Part shown: piece by piece, positions 11,551 through 48,940 of the stretch | How positions within the stretch are numbered: the first letter of the stretch is position 1 | How the letters are laid out: the number at the start of each line of letters is the position of its first letter | NCBI GenBank assembly: GCA_965113315.1 | Contig: OZ220365.1 | From: Podarcis vaucheri | Lineage: Eukaryota | Direction: 5' to 3' (one strand) | Length of the DNA: 64,000 nucleotides | Position numbers and translations under genes: made by a program | The notes under the pieces: generated by a model | What the model was told of the DNA's origin: nothing | The model's database searches: none | Seen by the model: only the letters and a program-made list of their open reading frames with translations

Positions 11551-14500
11551 TTCTAAATCTGAAGGAGTCTGAATCTTTATTAAGGTCATTTTTAAAAATT
11601 TGTGCATGCAACACTTGGAAAGCCCTCCATTGCACTTTGGCATTGTGTTACACATGAGTACATATTAAAATGTCACTGGCATATACGTTCACAGTACTTC
11701 TTATAGAAGACTGACAGAAGAGCTGTCGTTAAAGTGTATTTGTATGTTGTATGTATGTAGGCCACAGGCAACCCAAAGATTTCTTTTGTTTTCAGTCAAC
11801 CAAAACAGTTGACATTTCTTGATCTTTGATTTAACAGTAGCGCTAACACCAGATGATTATTATATCACTACTAATATTAGTATTAGTATACATTCTTGTT
11901 TACTGTTAAGATCCCTTGATCGTGGTGTTTTGCCGTGTAACATGCTAAACACATTTCAAAGAAGGTGATAGTTTGTAAAGATCACTAGAGAATTCGAATG
12001 TAATGGGAAGATAATATGAACACTTATTTAAACAAGTGCTTCTATACTTAGGACAGACCTTCTGTTATCTCTGGAAAATTCCAGACACACTTGCTCTGAA
12101 CGTCATCTGAAGTGCCACCTAGAAGTGTTGTCCATAATATTGGCCAGAATATAAGTGGAAGGCTTTCTGGCAAATGTGTTACTGACTTTGGTGCAGGGCT
12201 TAAAGGAATTGTCGCCCCCCCCCCATTTGTTTTAACATTATGTGTAAAGTTTTTTAGCTGGTCCATAGGTATGTAGTATGAGTCACCCCGCTGGAGACAC
12301 TTCTGTCACTGAAGTGTGCTGGCTCCAGGAGGTGTCATAAAAGAAAATGAATTAGATAAATCACAAATGAGATAAAAATAGTATTATTTTCCTCTCGTAG
12401 TTTAGCTAGGATTACAGTGACTCTTCTTCTGAAAGGCGGGGGGCATTTCTTGGGAAACTGCTTAACCTGGAAAGTAGAAGCAGAATGGGTAACTATGTAA
12501 CACTGAACAAAAATGAAGGTGCAAGTGCCTCTATTAGCTATTTACAGTGTTCCATCAATTTGTGGAATCGGTGGACAAATTTACACTAAAATTGTGTCAT
12601 TTAGAAGCCCATGATGGAAACACTCTGCTAGTGTTTAATTTAGCTTTCTGCATTTCTCTTAAAATAGCCAGTTGTGTTTGTCAAATTCTCTATCATTATA
12701 TAGAGGCAAAGACTGGTCTTTCATTCTGCATGAGTGATATTGGCTGCTAGTTGGGTATTTGTAACATGGAATGGTAGCTTCCAGCATTCCAGTAGTGTTC
12801 CAGGGTATGGTCACAACAGCTGTAATTTCCTTGTATTTTGGAACTTGCATGAACATGGGAAGCCCTTAACACAGCATGTTGAACTAAAATGTTTTTGTTA
12901 ATTGAATACACATATGTTTAGTATTGAGAAATCAGTTCCCAAGTGCAAAATCTAATACACAAAATGGGCAGCATGGAACTTAGTGATTTTCCAGAAGGTT
13001 GCTTCTTTTATCAGCTGGAGTGCTTTAGTGAGAGGCATGTAATCTGTTCATGTGCCCTCGGAAAGTCAAAGGTAGGCTCATAGATCCATGTAGATGGCAC
13101 AATGATGATACTACAAAACATAGCACTGTTGCTTCAAAGCCCTCACTAGGATGCTGGTGGTGAAAGAGCTGCTGTCTGGAAGTGGCCTTAGGGGTAAAAG
13201 CGGGGGGGGGGGTAAAAGCACACAGGCTTCACCACTGAGCGGAAGCACAATCTGTGGAACCTAAAAGAAAGGTGTATGCATCCAGTATGCACTATTTCAT
13301 TGATCTCTCTCTAATATAAAGGGGCAATAGGATCAGAAACTGAAATAATTTTGTGTCACCTATTTCAGTCCCCAGCAGTGGAAGGCTTCATTTAAATTCA
13401 CCATTCTTTTAGGGACCTTGCATTGTTTGCCAACCTAAATCTGTGTTGGTGTAATATGAGACCATTGCTTGCTTTTTTAAAGCTGTTCTTTCAATAATTG
13501 GAATGCCTTTATATCAAGGGTGGGGAACATCTTGCCTGCAGGCCAGACTTGGACCATCAGGCCATTTCCTCTAAAGATGCTCACCCGCCCCATAGCTGAT
13601 GTTATAGGTGTTGTCCAGTGTGGGGCAGGTATCAACATTGCCACAAGAGGATAATTGGGAGCTGAAAGTGAGCTCCTGGTTGTTCCTTTGCTGGAGCAAG
13701 GCACACTCCCTCCCCCCGCTTCCCCTCCACCACAGGAGAAGGCAACTTCTTCAATAGCTTCAGGCAGCTTCCATTGAAACCACTGCTAAAACAGCTTTCC
13801 ATCTCCATTTTAGTGGTTTCGGTGGAAACAGCTTGTTGCTATCAGAGCAAAGCAATACTTGAAAATGGTTCTCATGATCTCTTTAACTTTTCTTTTCCTA
13901 GGGCAATTGTTCTGTCCTTCACCCATTTACTATGCATACTGTATGTTCCAAATACTTCGCTATCTTTGTTATATTCTGGATTGTCTATGGTGCGCTTTCA
14001 TGGTTAAAATGTGGAAACCAAAGCTGAAGACACAGTGTATAGAGTAATACTTGAAATTTCATATATTTACAGATTTAGATTAGACTGGCCTAGTGTTCTG
14101 ATTTAAGTAATTTTATGTTATGTTTTTAAAAACCTTCTATTGTGCTTTTTTCTGTCGTGCTAAACTCAAAAAGCAGTTCAGCTATAATCCTCAAAGAGCT
14201 TACTTTTAGAATTGAACAGTTGTCTTTTTAGGGATTCTTCACAATTAAAAATAAATAAAGAGTTGATTGGATCCTTTAGAATTCTAACATCAATATTTAA
14301 GAATACCAGGTACTCTTGTCTTTCAGTAACATAGAATTTAATCTGCTTAGGAACCTGCTGTGTGTATTCAACACCATGTGTTTTCTATGAATCAAGAGTG
14401 CCTTTGTTGTTCTGGGCCGTATCAAGGGAAGTATATTTATAGCACTGGGGTGGAAGAGTTGGGTGCAAGTAGTGGAAAATTCAAGTGTGTGCTTTGGAAC

Positions 14501-15909
14501 AAGGAGCAAAAACAATTACGTCTGAACACTAAAGTTTCTTTAAAAACAACACAAGTACAGGTGGTGAATTCAGGGTTGCATTAGTACGAATGTTCTGTCT
14601 GGACAAGCATTTCAGCTTGCCAGATGGAACAATCTCCTATCTCCTCCCCCTTTCTATGCTGTTCTGGGGATTCTCCCAACCCTGCTAGATCCAACTGAGG
14701 GGAGAGGGAGGAAAGCCACACTGGCAAACAGAAGTCAAGTAGGACTTCCACTGATGGGGCTCCTTAGATGAATCCCACCCAGAATGTGGAACTAGATGGC
14801 CCAGCCGCTTTCTTCTTTGGTTCTTGTCCCTCCCCGCAAACTTCTATATGTTTACATATTCGTAATAGCATTTTATCTTGGGGTTTTGAACTCTTGCAGT
14901 CCATCAGTTGATTTTATGAGAAGCAATAGATACCCATTTATATGCTAAACGAAAACCATATTATTTTATTCACCCTAGGCCAGAAACTATTCTAAAACTC
15001 ACTGAATCCCTTAATATCCTAAAGCCATTCCTTTTGTTCCTGGGTGGCATTTCTTCCAAGCATACATACCTATTGGATTGAAAGCAAAAATTCCCACTAA
15101 CATGTTTTATAAGGGTTTGGAATTGACTTTTAACATGTGGCAGCTTGTCCAGTTACTGATAAGGGCTACTTGTATATAGTTAAACCTGTATGAATAAGGA
15201 TTGTGGTGTAATTCCAATTTACAGGCCACTTTTTTGCATAACCGTATTCTTTTGAAATAGATAGCAACTAAAAATATCAACTTCATGTCCTCACCAAGTA
15301 TCAAGATTTACTTTTTTAATCACTCTCACCATAAAAGTAAAGTTGAAGAATGAGGCCATTATTTTAATGGTGTCTATAATGCAGCAGCTGATCGTGGGGT
15401 GGGGTGGAGGTGCTTACCTGACCACCTGGCAGCTGGGTTGCGGCTGCTTACGAGGAGGGGTGCACAGAGTCATTCCAGCAGACTTGTTAGTGCATTTACA
15501 CTATGCCTCACCATGGCATTATACTACAAGATCTGCTTTCACTGACTCCTACTAAGCAGCACAGACTGTCAATGGCATAGCTGATATGAGGCAAGATGCT
15601 TTATTTGTGCCCTCAGATAATAAACCAGTGAAAAATCACATAAAAAGAAGCCAATGTGAGACTTCAGTTAGCTTTCACTTACATCAAAGAACAAAGCAAG
15701 GAAATGTTGCAGATGGAAGACTTTATAAACGGCAAAACTACTGTTTGCCAGGTTTCTGTTTCATCAAGGAAGACCAAAGGAAGGACCGCTTTCCAATAGG
15801 CTTTCTAAACATACATTTCTCTCAACTAAGCACTTTTAAATGTATAAATGGGTGAGTAAGTGTTGTTTTTCTGCTCTTTGACAATATTCTTTTGCACATT
15901 TCTTCCCAG

Positions 15910-40701
<24,792 letters not shown>

Positions 40702-43700
40702 TAAAAGGTTTGGCTCACGGCAACAGTGACTTAAGTTATTAAATGCTGCTCTGGTTTTAGTTCCTTGTGTTTATGTTAAGGAGCCATACTGGAAGACACG
40801 CTCCGTGTGCCAGATCAAAGGGTTTCAAGCGTTTGCATGTAAGTTCATGCCGGTGAAGCAGTCGTCACTTGAAGAGAACGGGACGTGCTGCACAAGAGAT
40901 CTGATTTCTTCAAAACTACTGAATGTAGGTCAAAGCTGTGAAGAATGTGTTTCTGTTGGAAATGTTGGATTTTGTTTCCTCTGACATGGTCTGTAAAAGC
41001 ATCCATATTGTCTTCTGGAGTCAAAAGATTTAAGTGTCAGAAGAAGGCACTGCAGTTACTGCTGTATCATTCCCCCCCCCCTTCAGCAAAGCTTTAGGGT
41101 ACAAGATCAGTATTGAGAATTTTACGGGGGGGGAGTTTTAAGTGCCCTGCCATGTGTAGGTATTAAAACTGGATGATGGCATGGAGGCTCCTTAGAAGGA
41201 GGACTGTTTGAGGGCAGGCACACACAAAGATAGCCTGTCTACCTTGCAATGTTTGCCATCTCAGCTTGGTAAAGGTCATTTTACTTAGCAATTGATGTCC
41301 ATTGATCATCAGTGTTCCTCTTAGACAAAGCAGCACATAAGCTCCTATATTTTCAATAAAGCAGAAGAAGTTCAGGCCTGAGAGTTTAACTGTCATCCTG
41401 TGAGCCTCTTCTGCACTATATTAGTGTGGAAACTTTGCTGTCAATTAAGTTCATTTGTGACCTGGGTGCATTATACATGGATGGCTAACCTTCCACTGCC
41501 CCATTCTTGGGACCTGACCTGGACATACACACCACAAGCATTTTCCCGGACCCCATTGATTTTGGCAGCATGTGGAAAAAGCCAAAATTAAAATCATCAC
41601 CTCGCTGGAGTGGGCTCCAACCAGCACCTTGATGGGGATGCAAATTAGCCTCTCCTTGACACCAAATAGTTCAGCTTCGTGGATCATGTGATGCGGGGAG
41701 GCTGCATGTGTGCCTGTACATCTGGGCTTCATGTGTATGCCCAAGAGTGTGATACGGTCACCCCCACAGGGTTGGTCAAGGGTTAACACAGTCATTCAAC
41801 CCAAAAGGTTAGCCACCCCGGCATAAAGGCTAGAAAGGGTTTTTTTAACACACACAGAAAGAGCAGGAGACTATTGCATCCTTATAATCAATACCTAATT
41901 ACTTTAAATTTCTCCAGGAGCTCACTCCAGCACCCAGGAAGCTTAAAAGCTAAAAGAAACATGTTTAATTCATGTGTTCTGAAAGTCATTGTTCCTGGTG
42001 GATAGTTACAATAGGAGTGCTCTAGAATTAGGAAGCTATGTACCCAAAATCACTTGGTAATCCAGACTGCTCTTATTTTGCTGTGTTAAAGTATACACAT
42101 CCTTTCTGCCAAGTCAAGCCTGCTGTCACTTTGTTATGACAATCAATTATATAAAGCAATGAAGTGCTTCCTTTTGAAAGAGAAAGGAAAAAATAGAATA
42201 AGGTACGTTTTGCTTATTTATGACAATTGGCCCTGATGTGCAGAAAGCTATAGACTGGTTTTGCCAACTGTCATAGCTAAAAGTGAGCAAGAGCTTCTTT
42301 TGAAAAGGTTGCCATTTTCAGTTTTATATGTGATGTCTCCATTTTACATTGTTGGTTTATGTTGAAATACCATTTGCATATGATAGTACTTATTTCAAAA
42401 AAAGAAAAACCTATTCTAGTCATTTTTTTCCAGAGTTATATTTATTTAAATGGGTGTTTCTTGATCAACACTGTCCTGACTTCTGTCTGTGGAAATTTAT
42501 TTTAGTATTTATCTTAACTACTGTTCAGTGTTTTCAAATGGAGATTTGTAAGTATTATCTTGAAACAACTTTGTAAGCATGAAAGTACTTAGTCCTCCGT
42601 CCTTACAACATAAAACAAATTGCTTGAATTTAAAATACTAACAACTGCAAACCCCACTACAGTTATTAGAAAGTAGGTTTAATTAGGTGGTATTGTACTC
42701 AAGTTAAGAATTGCTTTGTTTGTTTCTATGCAGATGAGGGCATGAATGGTGAAAAATAATTCTAATCAATTTACTTTCATGCCAGGAAGCAACTGAAAGT
42801 GTGATAAGACACTGACTCAACGTGCTATGCTGTAGAGATGTCTTAAAGATGACTTGATGGTTAAAGTATTTTTTCACTGTTGCATCTTCTGTTTTATAAA
42901 CAGAACTTTGCCATAAATTTGAGACTACAGCATCACCATAGACCAAGAAAAAATATTTAAGAGACTTAAAATAGAACTAATGGGCAGGAATCAACTAATC
43001 AAGTCTGTCAGCAAAAACCCTGTGCAAGGTCTTCTTCTGCTTGTGCAACAGGACTTCCCCTCATTCCTCCCCCTGCGTGCCTCCCAAAACGGGCTCTAGG
43101 GGTTGGGAGAAACCCAGAGTGTGGTGGTAGGAGAGGCAAATTGTTCTATCTAATGGAAACGCTTGCCCTGACAGAACGATCACCTTACCACGACATTGAA
43201 TTCCTCCCATTGTCTGTAAACAGTATAGTTTTGGGACAAAGAAACTGAAGAAGTTACTTAATTTTTACATTGGTTGTAAATTAGGCAATATAAACTTCAT
43301 ATAAATTAAGTCCTTACCATCATCTACTCATTACCTTCATTACTTGTGGAAGATAACCCAGTTAGAGAGACAGTGAAGCTTTGCAAAGCACTTAGGAACA
43401 AGACTCTGCCAAATGTTTGGCCACAAAAATTTAGGCATTGATGGACAGAATGCTCACAGCTGTCCTGACTTCATATTATTCTATCTTTTGCATACTATTT
43501 ACACTTTCTTATTTCCTTGGACTGCAGCCTTGGTGTCTTCTAAAAAAAAAAAGACATGGGGCTCTTTCTGAGATAATCACAGTCAGTCAGGGTTCACATA
43601 GGCAGTATGATAATACCAAGTAATCACACAGCCAGTTAAATGTGGCCACATTATGCCATCATGAAGCCAAATCGGAGTGAAAAGCATGATTCCTGCCCTC

Positions 43701-46520
43701 GCTTGAATAGGCAAACATTTCCACCTTGTTATGCAGCACCCATTGAAAATCACCAAAATAGAGGAGGGAGTTTTTCTGTGCAACGTTCTCTCTGACACTC
43801 AGTATTTTCTTAGCCTTGCTCTAGGACTTATTTGACCTCCTTGTTTGTTATCTATAAACTTATTTATTTCAGTTAATGTCGTCCCCTCCCAATTCATTTA
43901 AATGAAGCGTTGAAATAGTGTGTTTTTTAAAAGCTTGTTTGCATAAGCAAGTTTTTAGAGCCCTTGGCTTTTTTTAAAAAAGACTGATATTCTTCTTTGG
44001 AAATAGAAAGCTGAACAACAATATTCTCTAAATATGCTGAAGTGGAGTTACTATTTTAAAAACCTCATAAAGGGGAATAATTAAGTAATTGAGTAATGGA
44101 AGAAATTACTGCATCTTAATTTGTACGTAGGTATACGTATAACCCTTGAAGAAGCTCAACATTTGCTCAGCAATTTTCTAAGATGTTCTGCAGCAATTTG
44201 CCCATGTTCTGCAGCAATTTTGGGCATTCTTCCAGAGTCCTTTTGAGACTTCTCCACATGTTCAGTGAAAGCATGAGGGTAGCAGGATCATGTCACTGGC
44301 CACAACCCCCTCAGCAGCTGCATGCTTGGGCAGGAGTGTGAAGGGGAGCAGTACATGTACTTACTGGCCATGGCTCCTCCTCTCCTGAAGGCCTTCACAG
44401 TTTTCAGTTGTAAACAAATAGGCCCCTTTCATGCTACTATCAAGTGCACAGTGCAAGGGAGTGTGACTACTAGCATTTGCAGTTCAGCTACTCAACCACC
44501 CTTTCTGAACATACCCAGTCCATCCAAAGATGATCTTGTTTTGCTGACATGAGCTCATCTTTTAGCACTGGATGCGGTGATACCATAAACAGTAGCCACT
44601 GTTACACACAATTGCTAGAACCTAGAAGGAAACCTGCATTTGGAAGGAAGCTTCCGCTTACTGATGACAGGCTTCTCTTGTCTCAGTCATGGTTAAAGAA
44701 TGAAAGGAGGTGGTAGCCAAAGACCGAAATGCCATGGGCAAAATTTATGTGAGCCATAAGGACACAGTATTATATTATTTGAACTAATGTTATAATGCAA
44801 GGCCTGCTGTTTAAGTAGCTAAAGAGCCCATCGGTTTACAATGCCATTTTTAAAAAATAGGTAAGATATGCATGGGTATTTTCAGCAAAAAATAGTTATC
44901 TATGGTCCCGTTCAACGTATTTTATGTGAAGCTAACTAATACTAGCTTTTAAGAGAAGTGGTTAACAATGGCATTACTGAGTAGGCTGATTTAGTCATGA
45001 CAACCTTTTGCCACAGATATGAGAGACAATCCCAAGGGCTGAAAAATATATTATGAATGAATGAAAGCTGCAGTTTTATCTATTAGAAAACATGAAAAGA
45101 AATGTACAAGCAATTTTCATATTTCAGGTTGTATTTCTATAATTGTGTAGATGGCATTTTGTAGTAACTACTGTAATTCAAGAATGTATTTCAAAAAGGA
45201 ACTTGGAAAATTGTTTTTGGATATAACTAATGCTATTATTTATATGCCATATAAAATTTGTAGCGTCATATTTAGGTCAGTTCAAAATGGTTATGTAAAC
45301 TTGACTTTAAAGTCCAGTTAGGCCGCTTGTATATGATCCTATGCACACTTGGAAGTAAGCCGTAACAGTAAGCCCCAAATCACCAAGATTACCTAATTAA
45401 ATGTGTTTAGGATTAGGTATTAAACCTTCAGCTTTAGGTGTGTAGATTTAGAAGCACAGTTAATTAGGTTGCCACAGACACCAACAAAATTAGCTATATG
45501 AACCAAAGTTATTTCTCTCTCTCATTATTTTTGGTTTTCACTTTTGTGGGGAAAATGGAGAGGAATTATTTATCGCCAGATTCTGGAATGAGAGAGAAGA
45601 AATGCAAGGCAAAGTATCCATTTTCATTTGCCTGAAACCTAAGCTGGGGCTAAATTCACTCAATTACAGATAACCAAATTTGTCATTCAATAATGCCTCT
45701 GTAAATCCGCTTGTATATTTGGTATATCTCTCTGCATGAAAGAGATTTTACACAATATTCTGGATGTGGATGCCATTTCATCCAAAGTGGAAGGTAAGGT
45801 TACTACTTTAGAAAAAACTAGTGGATATTTAAAAAAGGGGGAGTTAACAAATCAAACACACCAATAGCTTATTCAATAGTTCTATTAATTCCACTTCTGT
45901 GTACCTTTGTGCCTTTTATTTTAGCTGATGGCTTAATAATAATTAATTTTTTGAAGTTATGAGAGTATCAAGTTGTTGCACTTTGTTTCCTCTGCTTATT
46001 AGTATTATTTTTTAGCTTGTAGGCTTGTGAAAAAATAACTTTCATAAATAGAAATATTTTCTAAAAGCTGTGGGTCAATATTTGAGAAAGCAGTCTGATC
46101 TTTATTTTCCAGCTTTTCTGTATATGAAGAACATTAAACAGAATGTATTAATTTTGTATATATTAGGTATAGTACATCATTGATAATCAGTGGAGAAGGC
46201 AAGGGAAAAGGGGCTATCTTTAAAAGCACAGCAGATATGTACTGGATCAGTCTCCCAAGACTGGTAGTTTTTCAAAATTGGGTTCAGTTTTTGAACCACT
46301 CAGAATACCTCGTGTACATAGAGTTGTCATGACTTAAATCGAAATGCATCCAGTGTTGTTGTTTTTATTTTATTTTTAAAGAGCCACTGGTTGGCTCATG
46401 TCTTCAGGCCTGTCATTCTTGCCTCTTTTTGTAACTTTTCTTTTTTAGTAGAGTTTACAGCTAGAATTTTGAATGCCAAAGTTCTATTTATTAAATAATA
46501 AAAGTTTTCATTGTTAATTA
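40702..46520 (+). other. CEP85L: Probable long 3'UTR of CEP85L
   Basis: AU-rich sequence after the stop codon, ending at an ATTAAA/AATAAA cluster with a U/GU-rich downstream tract. The end point is inferred; an earlier AATAAA exists at 41355-41360. Confidence 0.5.
46490..46502 (+). terminator. Candidate distal polyadenylation signal (ATTAAA 46490-46495, AATAAA 46497-46502)
   Basis: Followed by T/GT-rich sequence (ttgtttgatgtttggatttgt) about 40 nt downstream. Confidence 0.5.
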
Positions 46521-47065
46521 CTAGTATTTTTCCACTCAATTTGTTTGATGTTTGGATTTGTATCTACAGAGCAAAAATAAATTTTGTTAGAAAATCTAGA
46601 CTTTTTGTTTTGTTTTCAGTTTACATTGTGCTTAAATATACCAGCTTTGGGAAATGTGTCGTCTGTACATTCTGCATTCCTGTGTACACTTGCTGGAGGG
46701 TGAGCACGGCTGAATATGGACTTTCCTCCCATGTGAACCTCACTAGTCTCATGCTATGAAGGGGGAGGGATATGAAGAATGCCAGTTAAATAGAATTGTG
46801 CTTGATCTAGGTTCTCCTATCTACATGGAGCCATTCCCTCTATATGTGAATGGGGAATCCTTATAGAAGGAAGCTGTGTCTTTCTGAATGATCACAATAG
46901 ATTTCTGGATCAAATATAATTATGCTACTTATGTCCCATCAAATAACTCTACAGGCAAAGACTATGCTTTGTACCCATGTTGGAAATCATGAATTTCAAA
47001 CAGTTAACTTGTGAGGGACAGAAATGATTTTATGAGACCACCTACAGTTTCCTTCATGTGCAAAC

Positions 47066-47165
47066 AAAATAAAAAAAAATCCTTCCAGTAGCACCTTAGA
47101 GACCAACTAAGTTAGTTATTGGTATGAGCTTTCGTGTGCATGCACACTTCTTCAGATACAAGATA
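47066..47165 (-). mobile_element. Penelope-like element terminal (pLTR) remnant carrying a minimal hammerhead motif
   Basis: The - strand reads gtatCTGAAGAagtgtgcatgcacacGAAAgcTCataccaataactaacttagttggtctctaaggtgctactgga, typical of reptile Penelope ends. Confidence 0.78.
47122..47159 (-). ncRNA. Minimal type-I hammerhead ribozyme motif
   Basis: Stem I GUAU/AUAC; core CUGAAGA; stem II GUGUG-CAUG-CACAC; GAAA; palindromic AGCU in place of stem III; UC cleavage site. Confidence 0.65.
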
Positions 47166-48602
47166 CGCATACAGTTCTGCATCATGTGCTAGTGTAATGT
47201 TTGAAACAAGCCAACTGCAAACAATATGTTATAATGGTGGCCAGGTTATGCAAGCTGTAGTTTACTATTGACCACAGTTTCTGGTTAATAGAAATCTGAA
47301 GCAAAAGCTTCCAGTCTCTTCACAACTCTACCAGAGGAGGAGAGGGAGAAGTGTTCAAAGTCAATATATACTGTCTTATATCAATATTAAGAGCAAATTG
47401 TGATAACCGTTTTTTAAAAATTACCTGGCAATATAACATGAACCTTGTGTGCGTTTGTGTGCGATAGTAAAAAAGCATGATATTGCAAAAATTGGGAAGC
47501 CGGTTCTGCTTCCTGTCCTGTGCTGCCAATGCTGCAGCAGCAGCAGGCTGATGCAAAAAGTGCACTGCAGGGTAACTCCCTGCCTTAGCTCTCCGTCTCC
47601 TCTGCCTCCTCAGCGGCAGGCAAAAATGGTCCTTGGAGATACCGTGTGTGTGTGCGCATGCATGCAGCCTAAGTTTGCCTGAGTGCTCCATCTCCTGAGC
47701 AGGCAGAGCTCAACAGCCTGCAAGCGGGAACTTCCCTTCAGGCACTTGTACACAATTGTCTCTGTGTCTGTGTGTCTCCCTCCTTATGCTCCTCCAGACC
47801 CTCTCCCTACCCTAGAACTCTTCTTAATTCTCCCCTTGCCCTTTTGCTTTCTCACACATTTGTTATTATTAATAACAGATTACTATATTAATGTTAATAT
47901 ATTCTCCAGAAATATGTAATGTTACAGTTGAAGCACGCTATCATTGAGTAAATTTTCATATAATTAAATGCACCAAATTTTCCTTGCAAAAATATATATT
48001 TTTGTTTAATTTTTTTTATTCTGTAAATTCCTATCCATTCTTTCTGGTTAGGGGACACACACACACACACACACACACAAATTACCCTGGCACTAAAAAT
48101 ATACCATTTTGTTTAGAAATTTTTTGTTCTGTTAAAATTTATCCATTTCATTATTTCTATTTTGGCTTGGTTTAGAAAAGAAAATTAACTAACAATCTAA
48201 TAACTAATGGTGTTCTAGGATGCACACATTCAACTAAGACTCAATAGTGAAATATATTTGAATAAAAGTGACAGTGAATGTGAATTGGCATTAAATTTTT
48301 AGGAAACATTCTCCCACCCTACCTTTGATAATTACTGAATTACTTCTACAGCTTTAATTTTAGAGAAAATGTGCTAATTTAAACATTATCAGTACAGTAG
48401 TACTATATCACAACAGTTTCACAATATTGTTAAAGGTAAATAAAAATTTATCAGTTTTAGAGTTAGACCCGTAAGTAGTAGCAATTGCCAGGGCATTGCC
48501 ACATTCACCTCTACATAGTTCCAGCCTTATTTCAAACATCGTGATATATCAAAATATTGCTATGTTCAGCTGGTGATATCTTGTGATATTGAAAACCAGA
48601 TA

Positions 48603-48940
48603 CAGTGGTGCCCCGCAAGACGAATGCCTCGCAAGACGGAAAACCCGCTAGACGAAAGGGTTTTCCGTTTTTGAGCTGCTTCGCAAAACGAATTTCCCTA
48701 TGGGCTTGCTTCGCAAGACGAAAATGTCTTGCGAGTGTTCTGATTCCCCCCCGCTTCCCCCCTCTTTTTCTAAGCCGCCAAGCCGCTAATAGCCTTTTAG
48801 CCGCTAAGCCGCTAAGCCTTTAATAGCCGCTAAACCGCTAATAGCACTAATCCGCTAATAGGGTTGCTTCGCAAGACGAAAAAACCGCTAGACGAAGAGA
48901 CTCGCGGAACGGATTATTTTCGTCTTGCGAGGCACCACTG
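48603..48940. mobile_element. Tc1/mariner-type MITE (opposite orientation to 8060-8395), nested in a hAT terminus
   Basis: TIRs cagtggtgccccgcaagacg / cgtcttgcgaggcaccactg; TA at 48601-02 and 48941-42; (TAAGCCGC)-like internal repeats. Confidence 0.9.

Noticed and set aside
15586-15909. 89-aa ORF with donor-like gtgagtaagt just upstream of exon 4, as an alternative first exon
   Set aside because: The intron would be only 54-58 nt, and the phase does not match (or the exon includes a stop).
44183-44220. Short direct duplications (17 bp here; also ~7704-7744 and 54540-54563)
   Set aside because: Ordinary slippage duplications with no evident functional context.
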